Origin: Hypanus sabinus
Lineage: Eukaryota
Assembly (NCBI RefSeq): GCF_030144855.1
Contig: NC_082710.1
Span: 164,114,001-164,178,000 of the forward strand
Direction of reading: 5' to 3'
DNA: 64,000 nt
Part shown: one piece after another, positions 25,407-37,299 of the stretch
Numbering within the stretch: position 1 is the stretch's first letter
Layout: each line of letters opens with the position of its first letter
Program-made: the position numbers and the translations under genes
Notes under the pieces: model-generated
Database searches by the model: none
What the model was told of the DNA's origin: nothing
What the model saw: the letters and a program-made list of their open reading frames with translations, nothing else

Positions 25407-28400
25407 AGAAAGTCGCCTGTGATGGTTGAGTCTTACAGTAAAGTGGTAGGTTACAGGTTTATTTATTTAGAGCTAACAGCAGCATTAGAGGTATGCATTT
25501 AGGATTAGTGCTGTGCCTGGGGTGCCAGATGTGGGGACCTTGGGAGACTCCCAGCCTCCCCCAGGAATACATCTGCTCCAGATGCAATGAGATGAAGCTC
25601 CTTAGGGATCGTGTGAGGGATCTGGAGCAACAACTTGTTGACTTTCAGCTTATTAGAGAAAGTGAGGAGGTGATCGATAGTACCTATAGAGAGATAGTGG
25701 ACAGCACCTCCGTGACAGCCCCCTCAGGAATCGATATATAGTTTTAGATACTGATGGAGAGGTTGACCTGACAGAGGAAGACCACAATGAACAGGACTCT
25801 GGCACTCTGCCCAGTGCCGTGATTAAGAGAGCAAGGAGAAATGCCGTTGTAATAAGGGATTCCATCGTGAGGGGAACAGACAAGAGATTCTGCGAGCCGG
25901 ACAAGGATACCCGGATGGTGTGTTGCCTCCCTGGTGCCAGGGTACGAGATATCTCAGATCAGGTCCAGAGTATTCTCAGGAGAGAGGGCGAGCAACCAGA
26001 AATCTTGATACATGTTGGTACCAATGACATAGACAGAACAGAGAGGAGGTCCTGAAGGAAGATTACTGGGAGCTAGGAAGAAAATTAAAAAGCCGGACCT
26101 CCAGAGTAATAATCTCAGGATTACTGCCTGAGCCACACGCTGATGATTGTAAGAATAGCAGAATTAAGCAGATGAATGTGTGGCTAAGTAACTGGTTCAG
26201 GGGGCATGGCTTCAAATACTTAGATCACTGGGATCTATTTTGGGGAAGGCATGACTTATACAGAAATGATGGGTTACACCTGAACTTAAGGGGTACTAAT
26301 ATTCTGGCGGGATTGTTTAATATTGCTGTTAGGGAGGGTTTAAACTAAGTTGGCAAGGGGAAGGAAACCAAAGAGTTATGGTCGAGGAAGAGGAAAATAG
26401 AAATAAGTCAAGGAAGTTCTGATGTTCAGGAGGATTTAAACTAATGTGGCAGGGGGATGGGAACAAGTGCAGAGAGATAGAGAGGTGTAAAATGAGGGTA
26501 GAAGCAAAAAGATGTAAGGTGTAAAGTAAAAGTGGCAGGCAGGCAAATCCTGGGCAAAAATCAAAAAGGGCCACTTTTCAACATAATTGTATAAGGGCTA
26601 AGAGTGTTGTAAAAACAAGCCTGAAGGCTTTGTGTGTCAATGCGAGGAGCATTCGTAACAAGGTGGATGAATTGAATGTGCAGATAGTTATTAATGAATA
26701 TGATATAGTTGGGATCACAGAGACATGGCTCCAGGGTGACCAAGGATGGGAGCTCAACATCCAGGGATATTCAATATTCAGGAGCGATAGACAGGAAAGA
26801 AAAGGAGGTGGGATAGCCTTGCTGGTTAGAGAGGAGATTAACGCAATAGAAAGGAAGGACATTAGCCTGGAGGATGTGGAATCGATATGGATAGAGCTGC
26901 ATAACACTAAGGGGCAGAAAACGCTGGTTGGAGTTGTGTACCTAACAGTAGTAGTGAGGTTGGGGATGGCATTAAACAGGAAATTAGAAATGTGTGCAAT
27001 AAAGGAACAGAAGTTATAATGGGTGACTTCAATCTACATATAGATTGGGTGAACCAAATTGGTAAGGGTGCTGAGGAAGAGGATTTCTTGGAATGTATAC
27101 GGGATGGTTTTCTGAACCAACTAGAGAGCAGGCCATTCTAGATTGGGTATTGAGCAATGATATGGTGGAATTCTTCATTAAGATGGAGAGTGACATAGTT
27201 AATTCTGAAACAAAGGTTCTGAACTTAAAGAAGAGTAACTTTGAAGGTATGAGACGTGAATTAGCTAAGATAGACTGGCAAGTGATACTTAAAGGGTTGA
27301 CGGTGGATGTGCAATGGCAAGCATTTAAAGATCGCATGGATGAACTACAACAATGCATGTTCATCTCAGTTTGGCAAAAGAATAAACCAGGGAGGGTACT
27401 GCACCAATGGCTGACAAGGGAAATTAGGGATAGTATCAACTCCAATGAAGAAACATACAGATTAGCCAGAAAAAGCGGCACTCCTGAGGACTGGGAGAAA
27501 TTCAGAGTCCAGCAGAAGAGGACAAAAGGCTTAATTAGGAAAGGGAAAAACGATTATGAGAGAAAGCTGGCAGGGAACATAAAAACTGGCTGTAAAAGCT
27601 TTTATAGATATGTGAAAAGAAAAAGATTGGCCAAGACAAATGTATGTCCCTTACAGTCAGAAACAGGTGAGTTGATCATGGGGAACAAGGACATGGCAAA
27701 CCAATTGAATAACTACTTTGGTTCTATCTTCACTAAGGAGGGCATACATAATCTTCCGGAAATAATAGGGGACCGAGGGTCTCGTGAGATGGAGGAACTG
27801 AGGGAAATACATGTTAGCAGGGAAGTGGTGTTAGGTAAATTGAAGGGATTAAAGACAGATAAATCCCCAGGGCCAGATGGTCTGCATCCCAGAGTGCTTA
27901 AGGAAGGAGCCCAAGAAATAGTGGATGCATTAGTGATAATTTTTCAAAACTCTTTAGATTCTGGATTAGTTCCTGAGGATTGCAGGGTGGCTAATATAAC
28001 CCCACTTTTTAAAAAAGGAGGGAGAGCGAAACCAGGGAATTATAGACTGGTTAGCCTGACATCGGTGGTGGGGAAAATGCTAGAGTCAGTTATCAAATGT
28101 GATAACAGCACATTTGGAAAGAGGTGAAATCATTGGGCAAAGTCAGCATGGATTTGTGAAAGGAAAATCATGTCTGACGAATCTTAAAGAAATTTTTGAG
28201 GATGTAACTAGTAGAGTGGATAGGGGAGAACCAGTGGATGTGGTATATTTGGATTTTCAAAAGGATTTTGACAAGGTTCCACGCAGGAGATTAGTGTGCA
28301 AACTTAAAGCACATGGTATTGGGGTTATGGTATTGATGTGGATAGAGAATTGGTTGGCAGACAGGAAGCAAAGAGTGGGAATAAACGGGACCTTTTCAGA

Positions 28401-29432
28401 ATGGCAGGCAGTGACTAGTGGGGAACCGCAAGGCTCAGTGCTGGGACACCAGTTGTTTACAATATATATTAATGATTTAGACAAGGGAATTAAATACAGC
28501 ATCTCCAAGTTTGCAGATGACACAAAGCTGGGCGGCAGTGTTCACTGTGAGGAGGATGCTAAGAGGATGCAGGGTGACTTGGATAGGTTAGGTGAGTGGG
28601 CAAATTCATGCCAGATGCAATTTAATGTGGATAAATGTGAAGTTATCCACTTTGGTTGCAAGAACAGGAAAACAGAATATTATCTGAATGGTGGCCGATT
28701 AGGTAAAGGGGAGGTGCAACGAGACCTGGGTGTCATTGTACACCAGTCATTGAAAGTGGGCATGCAGGTATAGCAGGCAGTGAAAAAGTCAAATGGTATG
28801 TTGGCATTCATAGCAAAAGGATTTGAGTACAGGAACAGGGAGGTTCTGCTGAAGTTGTACAAAGCCTTGGTGAGATCACACCTAGAGTATTGTGTGCAGA
28901 TCTGGTCCCCTAATCTGAGGAAAGACATTCTTACCATAGAGGGAGTACAAAGAAGGTTCACCAGATTGATTCCTGGGATGGTAGGACTTTCATATGATGA
29001 AAGACTGGATTGACTGGGCTTATACTCACTGAAATTTAGAAGATTAAGGGGGATATTATTGAAACGTATAAAATTCTAAAGGGATTGGACAGGCTAGATG
29101 CAGGAAGATTGTTCCCGATGTTGGGGGAGTCCAGAACGAGGGGTCACAGTTTAAGGATAAAGGGGAAGCCTTTTAGGACTGAGATGAGGAGAAACTTCTT
29201 CACACAGAGAGTGGTGAATCTGTGGAATTCTCTGCCACATGAAACAGTTAAGGCCAGTTCATTGGCTATACTTAAGAGGAAGTTAGATCTGGCCCTTGTG
29301 GCTAAAGGGATCAGGGAGTATGGAGAGAAAGCAGGTACAGGATCCTGAGTTGGATGATCAGCCATGATCATACTGAATGGCAGTGCAGGCTCAAAGGGCC
29401 GAATGGCCTACTCCTGCACCTATTTTCTATGT
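25407..29432 (+). mobile_element. Near-full-length CR1 inserted at the Gypsy gag start codon
   Basis: ORF1 CLGCQMW...CSRC...RDSIVRG...HVGTND, ORF2 NARSIRNK...DFQKDFDK...KFADDTK, tail ttttctatgt. 7-bp TSD TTCATTG at 25400-25406 and 29433-29439. Confidence 0.92.
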
Positions 29433-29537
29433 TTCATTGCTGCCGAATACCACCCACAAACCAATCAAACAAAAAAAAATTGGGTATCCAAATCAGATCA
29501 ATAATTAAACAAGCACTGAATCTCAAAAATGGAACAT

Positions 29538-29555
29538 ATCCCAGACGAGCGCCCA
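29538..29555 (-). other. Primer-binding site, tRNA-Pro
   Basis: TGGGCGCTCGTCTGGGAT matches the canonical Pro PBS TGGGGGCTCGTCCGGGAT at 16/18 and lies 2 nt from the LTR end. Confidence 0.85.
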
Positions 29556-29557
29556 GT

Positions 29558-30486
29558 TGTCACAGTACATCTCTGGCAACAATGAATATAGAATTGAGAC
29601 AGATTTTTTATAAACAGGTAAACAATTTATTAAACTCAGCTCAACAAAAATGAAAAGTAAACAAACGACTAACTTAACCAGAATTTAACTGCTATACGGC
29701 AACTCCAATAGTTCTTAAAGCAATAAATGTGAACACAGTTCTTAAAGTGGTAAATGTGAAAGTCCAAATGATTTATACAGTCAATTAGGAGAGACTTTCC
29801 TGAAGTAACAAATTCCTCGACGACGTCATGTTACTGCTGATCCCAGCCGAAACATGCCTTGCCCAAAAGACTCACGATGAAGGAAATTAAATCGGCTTAA
29901 AGTAACTGACCTTTTCCTTGGCCAGTAACACTGCCCAAACCCCTTCTGTTCTTACAAGGCAGGGGTTATCTCGGATGCAGGTTACTGCTTCGTAGAACGA
30001 AGATCCAGTAAGGTTGATCCTGTACTAAACCATCAACGACACCAACTTTACTCGATCCTTTAGGTTCCCATACTTCAATAAATTCTTCACTCTCCAACTG
30101 AATTGCAAAGGTAGATCAAACCAAAACTGGCAACATTTGTTGAAGCTGCCATCAATAACCTTTAAGACTTAAGATAGAAAGTAAAACCCCACTTTAAAAC
30201 AAAACTGTGGAATGAAACCAAATACGCAGCATAACAGGGTAGCTGACAACTTAAACAAGGTCTCAATACAAAAACTCCTGTGTCACAGTAGGCTTTCAAG
30301 TTTTATAGCTATTGATAACATGTCATCACGTGACCTCACACTGGCTGGAAAATTACATCATATGACCTCACACTGGCAGGAAATTACATCACCCCACCAT
30401 CACAAGACCATTACATCATGCTCACCAGATACTCAATTACATCATGGTCATAAGACAGTCACAAGATACCCATGGGGGATGTAACA
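29558..30486 (-). repeat. 5' LTR of the Gypsy element
   Basis: Minus-strand TGTTAC...GTGACA termini, homologous to 20732-21618. Confidence 0.9.
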
Positions 30487-30490
30487 CAAG

Positions 30491-31400
30491 TCACTGCATT
30501 TGCTGTAGTGATGATCATTCTGCAGTTGCCTCAGAAAGGTCTTCCTTCCTCCCAATCAGTGGCTTCACCTCAAAAGGTAAGGCCCTTGACTGAATCGCAC
30601 ACATCTGTTTTCACCCTGTTCTCCTCTTGGACAGAGCATTAGCAAAGGTGTCCTGGTCCTCACCTTCTCCTCCATCAGCCTTTACGAGTTTATCCCTCAC
30701 AATTGATGCCAGGATTTCAGCAGAACCATACTCCCATCCAATCTCCTTTCAGCTTTTCAAAGGGATCACTCACAAAGGGATTCTCTAGTCCACTCTTCCA
30801 CCCCAATCAACACTTCTGTATCCTGGGGTGCTTCCCCATACAACCACAGGAGATGCAATGCCCAAAATGGAACACAGAAAATGCTGGAAACACTGAACAG
30901 TTACTGATGATGGTTTGCAGACAGAAAACAATGACTGTTTCTCTTTCCTCAGATACTGCCTGAACTGTTGGAGCTTTTCTGGAATTTCCTGTTTATCTTT
31001 CAGATTTTCAGCATCTGCAGTTTTCAAATGTAACACCTGTCCTTTAACCTCTCGCCTTCCCACCACCCACGTAACCAAACTGTCTTTCCAGGTGAAGCAG
31101 TGACTAACTTGCACTTCCTGCAAATTCATGTCCTGCATTCGGAGTCCACAATGTGATCACAGTTAGTCATTGTCAGAGAGAGACACAGCATCGACCTTCA
31201 GACACCAAGTCTCCACCAACAACCCACCACCCATTTACACCAATTCCACATTCATCTCATTGATTGTTCATCTCAACTCTCCCAAATCCCAGCACTCAAC
31301 TACACACTGGGGGCAATTCACAGGAGTCAAGAGTATTTGTACCATCCCTCTCACCATTCCTTTCGTTCACCATCATTACCAGGGAGATGTTTGTATCTTC
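30491..31400 (+). mobile_element. Penelope-like element (right part: RT end and GIY-YIG region)
   Basis: Resumes with HCICCSDD-like sequence directly after the TSD, then VLVLTF..., and SFQVKQ*LTCTS..(M)SCIR (GIY-YIG region). Confidence 0.65.
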
Positions 31401-31687
31401 ATTGTAATGGCAGAACCGAAAATAAATCTAATTGGACCATTTCTTTGATCTTCACTTTTCATTTCCCTCTTTCTGCCCACAAGGATGTACATTGACCTTC
31501 TCTCATCCTTTTCTCATCACACGTTTATAGCAGCTTTTACACTCAGTTTACGTTACCCGCAAGCTCGATCTTGTGCTATTTCTCCCTTGCCATTGTATTT
31601 TTCCCCTCAGTTGCTAAAACCACTCCCAATCCTCAGGTTTGCTATTTTTTCTGCCTTTTTATGTTTCTCACCATTGGATCGACCATA

Positions 31688-32440
31688 GAAGATGGCGTTA
31701 GCAAGCAACGTGCCCAATGGCAATGTCCTTCAAATGGTTCACAGAACTAATTCCTTTACTCCTTCTTCTTTCAAATATAATTCTACTAAACTGCATGGGA
31801 TTGGAACCTGTGATTTACATTTTGACGGTGAGTTTTTGGGCCGATTGTGTGATCTGGCACTTTGCAGTCTCTGAGGGAGTTTGATGAGGTTTGGAGTGGA
31901 GTGTGCAGCTTGAGGCCAAGATGAAAGCATCTAGTAAGATTGAAATCAACGAAGACGAGAGCAAAAGGCGAGCAGGTGTTCAGAACGTTTGACCGGCTTT
32001 CCTCTCCCTCTCGCTCACTGCTGCTGGAGGAAGGTGCCGGAGTCTTTGACCCTGGACAAGGTTTGATCTGCACAGTTTGTGGGCTGGACTTGTTTAGAAT
32101 CTGCAGTTCATGTTGTGTGGGTTTCGGTTTCTGGTTGCTCTCATTTCATTGCTATTTTTTCCCATTTTGATCGGATCAGCTCTGCTGCCTGCAGTCAATG
32201 AACAACACTGCACAGAATTGAACTGAACTGAACTAACCGGAACATTCCTGGACTGTTTCTAGGCTCTGTGGTTGGATGTTTAATGTTCTGTGTGTTGTTC
32301 GCTCGTTTTTTGCCGTTTGGGTGTTTGATGTTTTCTCTGAATGGGTTCCATGGTGTTTCTTTGTTCCCTGGTTGGCTGTGGGAAGATGAATCTCAGGATT
32401 GTATTCTGCATAAGTACTTTGATAATAAACGTACTTCGAG
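31688..32440 (+). mobile_element. Non-autonomous LINE-derived or SINE-like element
   Basis: Starts gaagatggcg and ends with the ...tttgataataaa.gtactt tail shared with inverted copies at ~1320, ~51140 and ~57600-57900. Confidence 0.45.
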
Positions 32441-32501
32441 CATTAAACTTTATTCTCTAAATTCTTTTGAAATCCATTAATTCTTTGTCTCAATTCCTTA
32501 C

Positions 32502-32561
32502 CTTGTGCATTGAACACAGAGGTGGGAATGGCAGCTGGAAAAGGCCAGTGACAGACAACAT
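32502..32561 (-). pseudogene. Degenerate leader exon L3, paralogous to L1
   Basis: The 3' end GTGTTCAATGCACAAG|GTAAGG matches L1 GTGTTTAACACAGAAG|GTAAGG. About 90 nt of upstream sequence also aligns to L1 (cagttctcag...gaccctggaaactt vs cagtgctcag...gactctggaaactt). ATG to donor is 60 nt (phase 0), which is out of frame with the V exons. Confidence 0.55.
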
Positions 32562-34129
32562 CCAGTCACTGAACAGGAGGTGAAGCCTCCTACTGACCCA
32601 AGGGCAAAGTTTCCAGGGTCTGGAGGTTCCATGGACCAAGACCTGAGAACTGAACCCATTCCCCACTGCATGTCAGGACGAATCAGAAGAGGACACACAT
32701 ACTGTTATGCAGTCTCTGTCCTAATGGGCACTAAAGGTAAAATAAAAATCCAATCATTCACAATCAACCATTCAGATATTCCAGCGGTTTGGGATCGGTT
32801 TGCCTGGTAACGATTCCCACACTATCCCCGAGGCTCTCCAGGTTTCACTCTCCCCGACACTCAACAGATTCTGTGGAGAATTTATAATACTGTGAAACAC
32901 CTCAACCAAAAAGTCTGTTGGGGCATTAACACTGAACCACACCCGATTGTCCTGAAGGTCTGGTAGTCTTCCCCTCCACCGTCAGATTTATCGCTCTGTA
33001 CTGCAATGAACTGCTGCCACAAAACAACAAATTTCACCACATATACTGGTGATATTAAACCTGATTCTGATTCTGACAGTCCAGCACCAATGACCCGAGT
33101 GTGTCTGATTGTCAGAGTTTGACTGGACATCTTTGTACAAAATTGAATAGAATAGAATTGAACACACACACACACACACACACTGACAGTACTGTGTAAA
33201 AGTCTCAGACACATATCTATTCTAGGGTGCCTCAGAGTTTTGCACAGTACTGCATTTGTCAACGAGGAGCAAAGAGTGAGTTTAAAATCTGGTGGCATTA
33301 AAGGATGTTGGGAATGGCGAGGGTAGAGCACCACAGGAAGGGTATGGAACAGGTGGCAGAGAAAGCCTGCCAGGGGCAGGGATGGCACAGTTACATATGT
33401 ACCCAGCCCTCAGACACCAGGCAAGGGCATTTCATTCCAAACAACTGGTTCACTGATCATTACAGAATATCTCTCAGGGGCTTCCACTCCCTTCCCTCTC
33501 CCTGCCCCCATCCCACTCTCAGTCAGCTAAAGAGACCCATATCAGAATCAGGTTCATCATCACTCACAAACGCCACAAAATTAGTTTTTGTTTTTGTCAG
33601 TAGTACAACGCAATCCATATCACTCCAGGACTGTCCAAAAGTCAAAGGCATTCTAGTGATATAAATATGCCTGAGGTTTCTGCACAGTACGGTACATAAA
33701 AATCAAAATGAAACTTCTGGGAATTCCATCATCAAGGACACCGACAATCCCAGACAAGCCCTCATCAGGGAGGAGGTACAGGAGCCCAGAGAACGACACC
33801 TCAATGTTCAACAACAGTTTCTGAACTTTGTTTATACTCCTCACTGCCTCTGGAAAGCAGCCAGCAAAACCAAAGACTCATCTACCCCGGATACTCTCTC
33901 CTCTCCCCTCTCCCATTGGGCAGTAGATACAAAAGCCTGAAAGCACATCCCACCAGGCTCAAGAAAAACTTCTGACCTCATTAATTACCTAGTTTTAGGA
34001 AGATTTATAAAGTGTACTTTGTAAACGTACATGGTGTGCGGTCTGATACTGTGAGTGCGAGTTTGTATCAGTGTGCATTTCACAGCATCCACACAAACCG
34101 GAGAGCTGGTTTGGCGGGTGGACGGATTT

Positions 34130-35110
34130 TCCCCGAGACATACACAAGCGATAGCCTGGGTGTTACACGTGAGAACACTGTTCTTAGACTACAGTTCAGC
34201 ATTCAACACCATAAATCCCTCCAGGCTCAACCAGAAGCTCAGAGACCTCGGCCTTCACCCTGCCTCGTGCAGCTGGATCCTGGATTTCCTGTCAGATCAC
34301 CAGCAGGTGGTAAGAGTGGGCTCCCTCACCTCGGCCCCTCTGACACTCAACATAGCAGCCCTCAGGGCTGTGTACTAAGCCCCCTCCTTTACTCTCTGTA
34401 TACCCATAACTGTGTCCCCACCCACAGCTCCAATCTGCTAATTAAATTTGCTGACATTACCACACATTGGCCGAATCTCAAATAATAATGAGGCGGCCTA
34501 CAGAGAAGTCATCACCCTGACACAGAGGTGTCAAGAAAATAACCTCTCCCTCCATGTCTATATTTTTGTACATAAATGTCTAAATTTATGTACAAAATAT
34601 TTACATCAATGTACAATATCCCTCAATGTCTAAATTTCTATAGGGGCACAACTGAGAGCATCCTGACTGGCTGCATCACTGCCTGGTTTGGAAACTGTAC
34701 TTCCCTCAATCACAGGACTCTGCAGAGAGTGGTGTGGAGAGCCCAGTGCATTTGTAGATGTGAACATCCCACTATTCAGGACACTTACAGTGAAAGGTGC
34801 GTAAAAAGGGCCTGAGGGATCATTGGAGACCCGAATCACCCCAAACACAAACTGTTCCAGCTGCTACCATCCAGGAAACGGCACTGCAGCATTAAAGCCA
34901 GGAGCAACAAGCTCTGGGACAGCTTCTTCCTCCGGGATATCAGTCTGATTAATCCATGCTGATACAGTTGTATTTCTATGTTATATTGACTGTCCTGTTG
35001 TACGTACTGTTTATTATAAATGACTATAAATTGCACACTCAGATGGAGGTGCAACGTAAAGAATTTAACTCCTCATGTATATGAAGGATGTAAGTAATAA
35101 AATCAATTCA
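34130..35110 (+). mobile_element. Rex/Babar LINE 3' portion
   Basis: LFLDYSSAFNTI...PQGCVLSPLLYSLYTHNC...IKFAD, and a tail aataaaatcaattcaatt. Confidence 0.8.
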
Positions 35111-35279
35111 ATTTACCCACTGATTTGAGATGATTGGAACAAAAACTTCACACCAATTTAAGTTTCTTCCCCAGGTAGTTAATCAGATTAATCATTTGAT
35201 TTAGCTGCACATCCATCCATTACCTCAATACTGCATTGTAAATACTTTGAACTACGTTTTTGAATGCTGTTTACAATAT

Positions 35280-35700
35280 AGACAATAGGTGTAGGAGGAG
35301 GCCATTTGGCCCTTTGAGCCAGCACCACCATTCAATGTGATCATGGCTGAGCATCCACAATCAGTACCCCATTCCTGCCTTCCCCCCATTTCCCTTGACT
35401 CAGCTATCTTTAAGAGCTCTACCTAAATCTTTCTTGAAAGCATCTTGAAAGCATCCAGAGAACTGGCCTCAACTGCCTTCTGAGGCAGAGCATTCCACAG
35501 ATCCACAACTCTCTGGGTGAAAAAGTTTTTCCTGAACTCCGTTTTAAATGGCCTACCCCTTATTCTTGAACTGTGGCCTCTGGTTCTGGACTCCCCCAAC
35601 ATCGGGAACATGTTTCCTGCCTCGAGCGTGTCCAATCCCTTAATAATCTTGTATGTTTCAATCAGATCCCCTCTCATCCTTCTAAATTCCAGTGTATAAT
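35280..35700 (-). mobile_element. CR1 3' fragment
   Basis: MRGDLIETYKIIKG...ESRTRGHS...FFTQRVVDLWN. Confidence 0.8.
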
Positions 35701-35839
35701 ATATTGTGAATAGATGTTGGTATTTGTGTATTTATACACATTTCCTTCCGTATTTATCTTAAATTCTAAATTTATTTTATATAATTCTTTATCGTTATTA
35801 AATATTTAAATGCATGTCATGCCATCTCACCAACAGCAA

Positions 35840-35950
35840 ATTCCTAGCAACACACACAAAACACTGGAGGAACTCAGCAAGTCAGGCAGTCTCTGTGGAA
35901 ATGAATAAACGGTCAACGTTTCGGGCCGACACCCTTCATTAGGACGCGTT
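35840..35950 (-). mobile_element. PLE terminal fragment with a degenerate hammerhead
   Basis: Minus strand gtcCTAATGAagggtgtcggcccGAAACgttgac (G5 to A in the core), followed by the ...tgctgagttcctccag..ttttgtgtgtgttgc terminus. Confidence 0.65.
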
Positions 35951-36529
35951 TGTGTTTACAGCAAATTCCCAACACGTGTCAATATTTATGGCGATTAGAT
36001 TTCCTCCGAGATCCTGGAATGATTCCCTAGTGATAACATGGAGACTTGACCTGACAATTGACCTCATCATGCCCTTTCACCTCACAGTCTGCTTACACTG
36101 AGCTTTCTGGGGAACTAACACTTCATACCTCATTCCGTTGTTGTACATATTCCTTTGTACCACCTCAATGTACTGATGTCGCGGGAGTTCAGTATGACGT
36201 GCAAAAGGAAAGTTTTACATGTCCCTCCAATTTACCATTACAGTCAGGGTCTGGAATTGAACTGAAAACCCCGAACACTACCTCCTTCTCTCTCTCAGCT
36301 GGCACCAGTGTGTTGTGTTTATTTGTTCATGTAAATTGTGTCTAATTCCAGTCACGTGAACAAATGATCTTTGTCATGTTTGTAATGTACTGTGCTGTTA
36401 AAAAAAGCGAATGGCCGTGTCATTTATTTATACTCTGTATACTTATGCCTCGGACAACAGACTTCAGCTTGCAAAGCTGCAGTTTCCCGAAAGAAAAAGC
36501 TTGTTCAGTCAGCAATCTGTTGTGGGGAC

Positions 36530-36830
36530 ACCACAGTCTCCGAGCGCGGAATGGAGACTGTGGCTCTCGGATTCACATCTGAAGTCATTCCCTTACCTTC
36601 GGCACCGACCACACCAAGCTGGAGCAGAAGCGAGAAAAGGCGAACGAGTGAAAATATCCGGAGACTGAGAAGCGACATAAACTTCTCAACCCGGGGTTGA
36701 CGATTCTTGTGCCCGACGCTCATCCGATCCACGCCTCTTCCCGACCGGTCGCTGCCGGACCTGCTCCGGGATACTGACCCCGTTCGCTGGCGGACAGGGA
36801 GCAGAGGAGGGTCCGCACACGAACTCATAA
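36530..36830. promoter_or_regulatory. CpG-island-like promoter region around L2
   Basis: Locally GC-rich and dense in CpG dinucleotides in an otherwise CpG-depleted window. It overlaps the L2 leader exon. Confidence 0.6.
36597..36723 (-). CDS. Signal-peptide (leader) exon L2
   Basis: ATG at 36723 (or 36678) gives (MSVGHKNRQPRVEKF)MSLLSLRIFSLVRLFSLLLQLGVVGAE plus one base, then donor G|GTAAGG (36596-36595), phase 1. It lies in a CpG-rich island and its end resembles L1 (LL-x-x-LGV-x-x-x-EG). Confidence 0.72.
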
Positions 36831-36904
36831 CAATTGATTTAAAAAAAGCTGAACTCGACAACTGTTAAACTGTTTGTTAATGATTTTAAGTTCCTGCTTC
36901 GCTC

Positions 36905-36924
36905 GTTTCAGTTTCAATTTCCTG
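36905..36924 (-). promoter_or_regulatory. ISRE / Ets-IRF composite element upstream of L2
   Basis: Minus strand reads CAGGAAATTGAAACTGAAAC, i.e. three GAAA half-sites (GGAAANNGAAANNGAAA), about 190 nt upstream of the first L2 ATG. A second GGAA (Ets) core lies at ~36890. Confidence 0.55.
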
Positions 36925-37299
36925 CTTTGTGATCGAGAAGGAGGAGGAGCCAGAGTTTGCACGGACGAATAAAACTTGTTTTAGGAATGTTTTTAATTTC
37001 ATAAATGATCTTTGTTCACAATAAAATAGACACAAAAAGATTTTTTTAAAATTACATCCTATTCATCATATGGTTAAGATATTCTGCAGTGTTAACTCTG
37101 TTGAAAAAACTGCCGTCCGTGTTTCCCTCAGATGACACACTATGACCCGAGTCGATTCAGGCCCTCCCCGTCCGGGAGCAGAAAGATCCCAGACTGTGGT
37201 CCTTCCCCACCGAGTCTTTACACTGGCTGCACTGAGCTTCAGTGTGTCCCCGGCACATCCTCATACAGCCTGAGTGTGCCGGCACATCCCTTACAGGCG

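Larger units (their letters stand above)
20732..30486 (-). mobile_element. Gypsy LTR retrotransposon, Gmr1-like, internally deleted and interrupted by two CR1s
   Basis: Two homologous LTRs, a 4-bp TSD CAAG (20728-20731 and 30487-30490), a tRNA-Pro PBS, a SCAN-like gag with a CCHC remnant, RT (LPFG, YIDD), and pol ending in RNase H (KGKDNVIADCLSRC*). Confidence 0.9.

Noticed and set aside
33161-33182. (CA)n microsatellite (also ~45137-45160, and (GA)n at ~51520)
   Set aside because: Ordinary simple repeats.
36724-36861. N-terminal extension of the 118-aa ORF over L2 (Ser/Arg-rich)
   Set aside because: It starts at a non-ATG codon in GC-rich 5'UTR or promoter sequence. Only the ATG-to-donor part looks like a leader.
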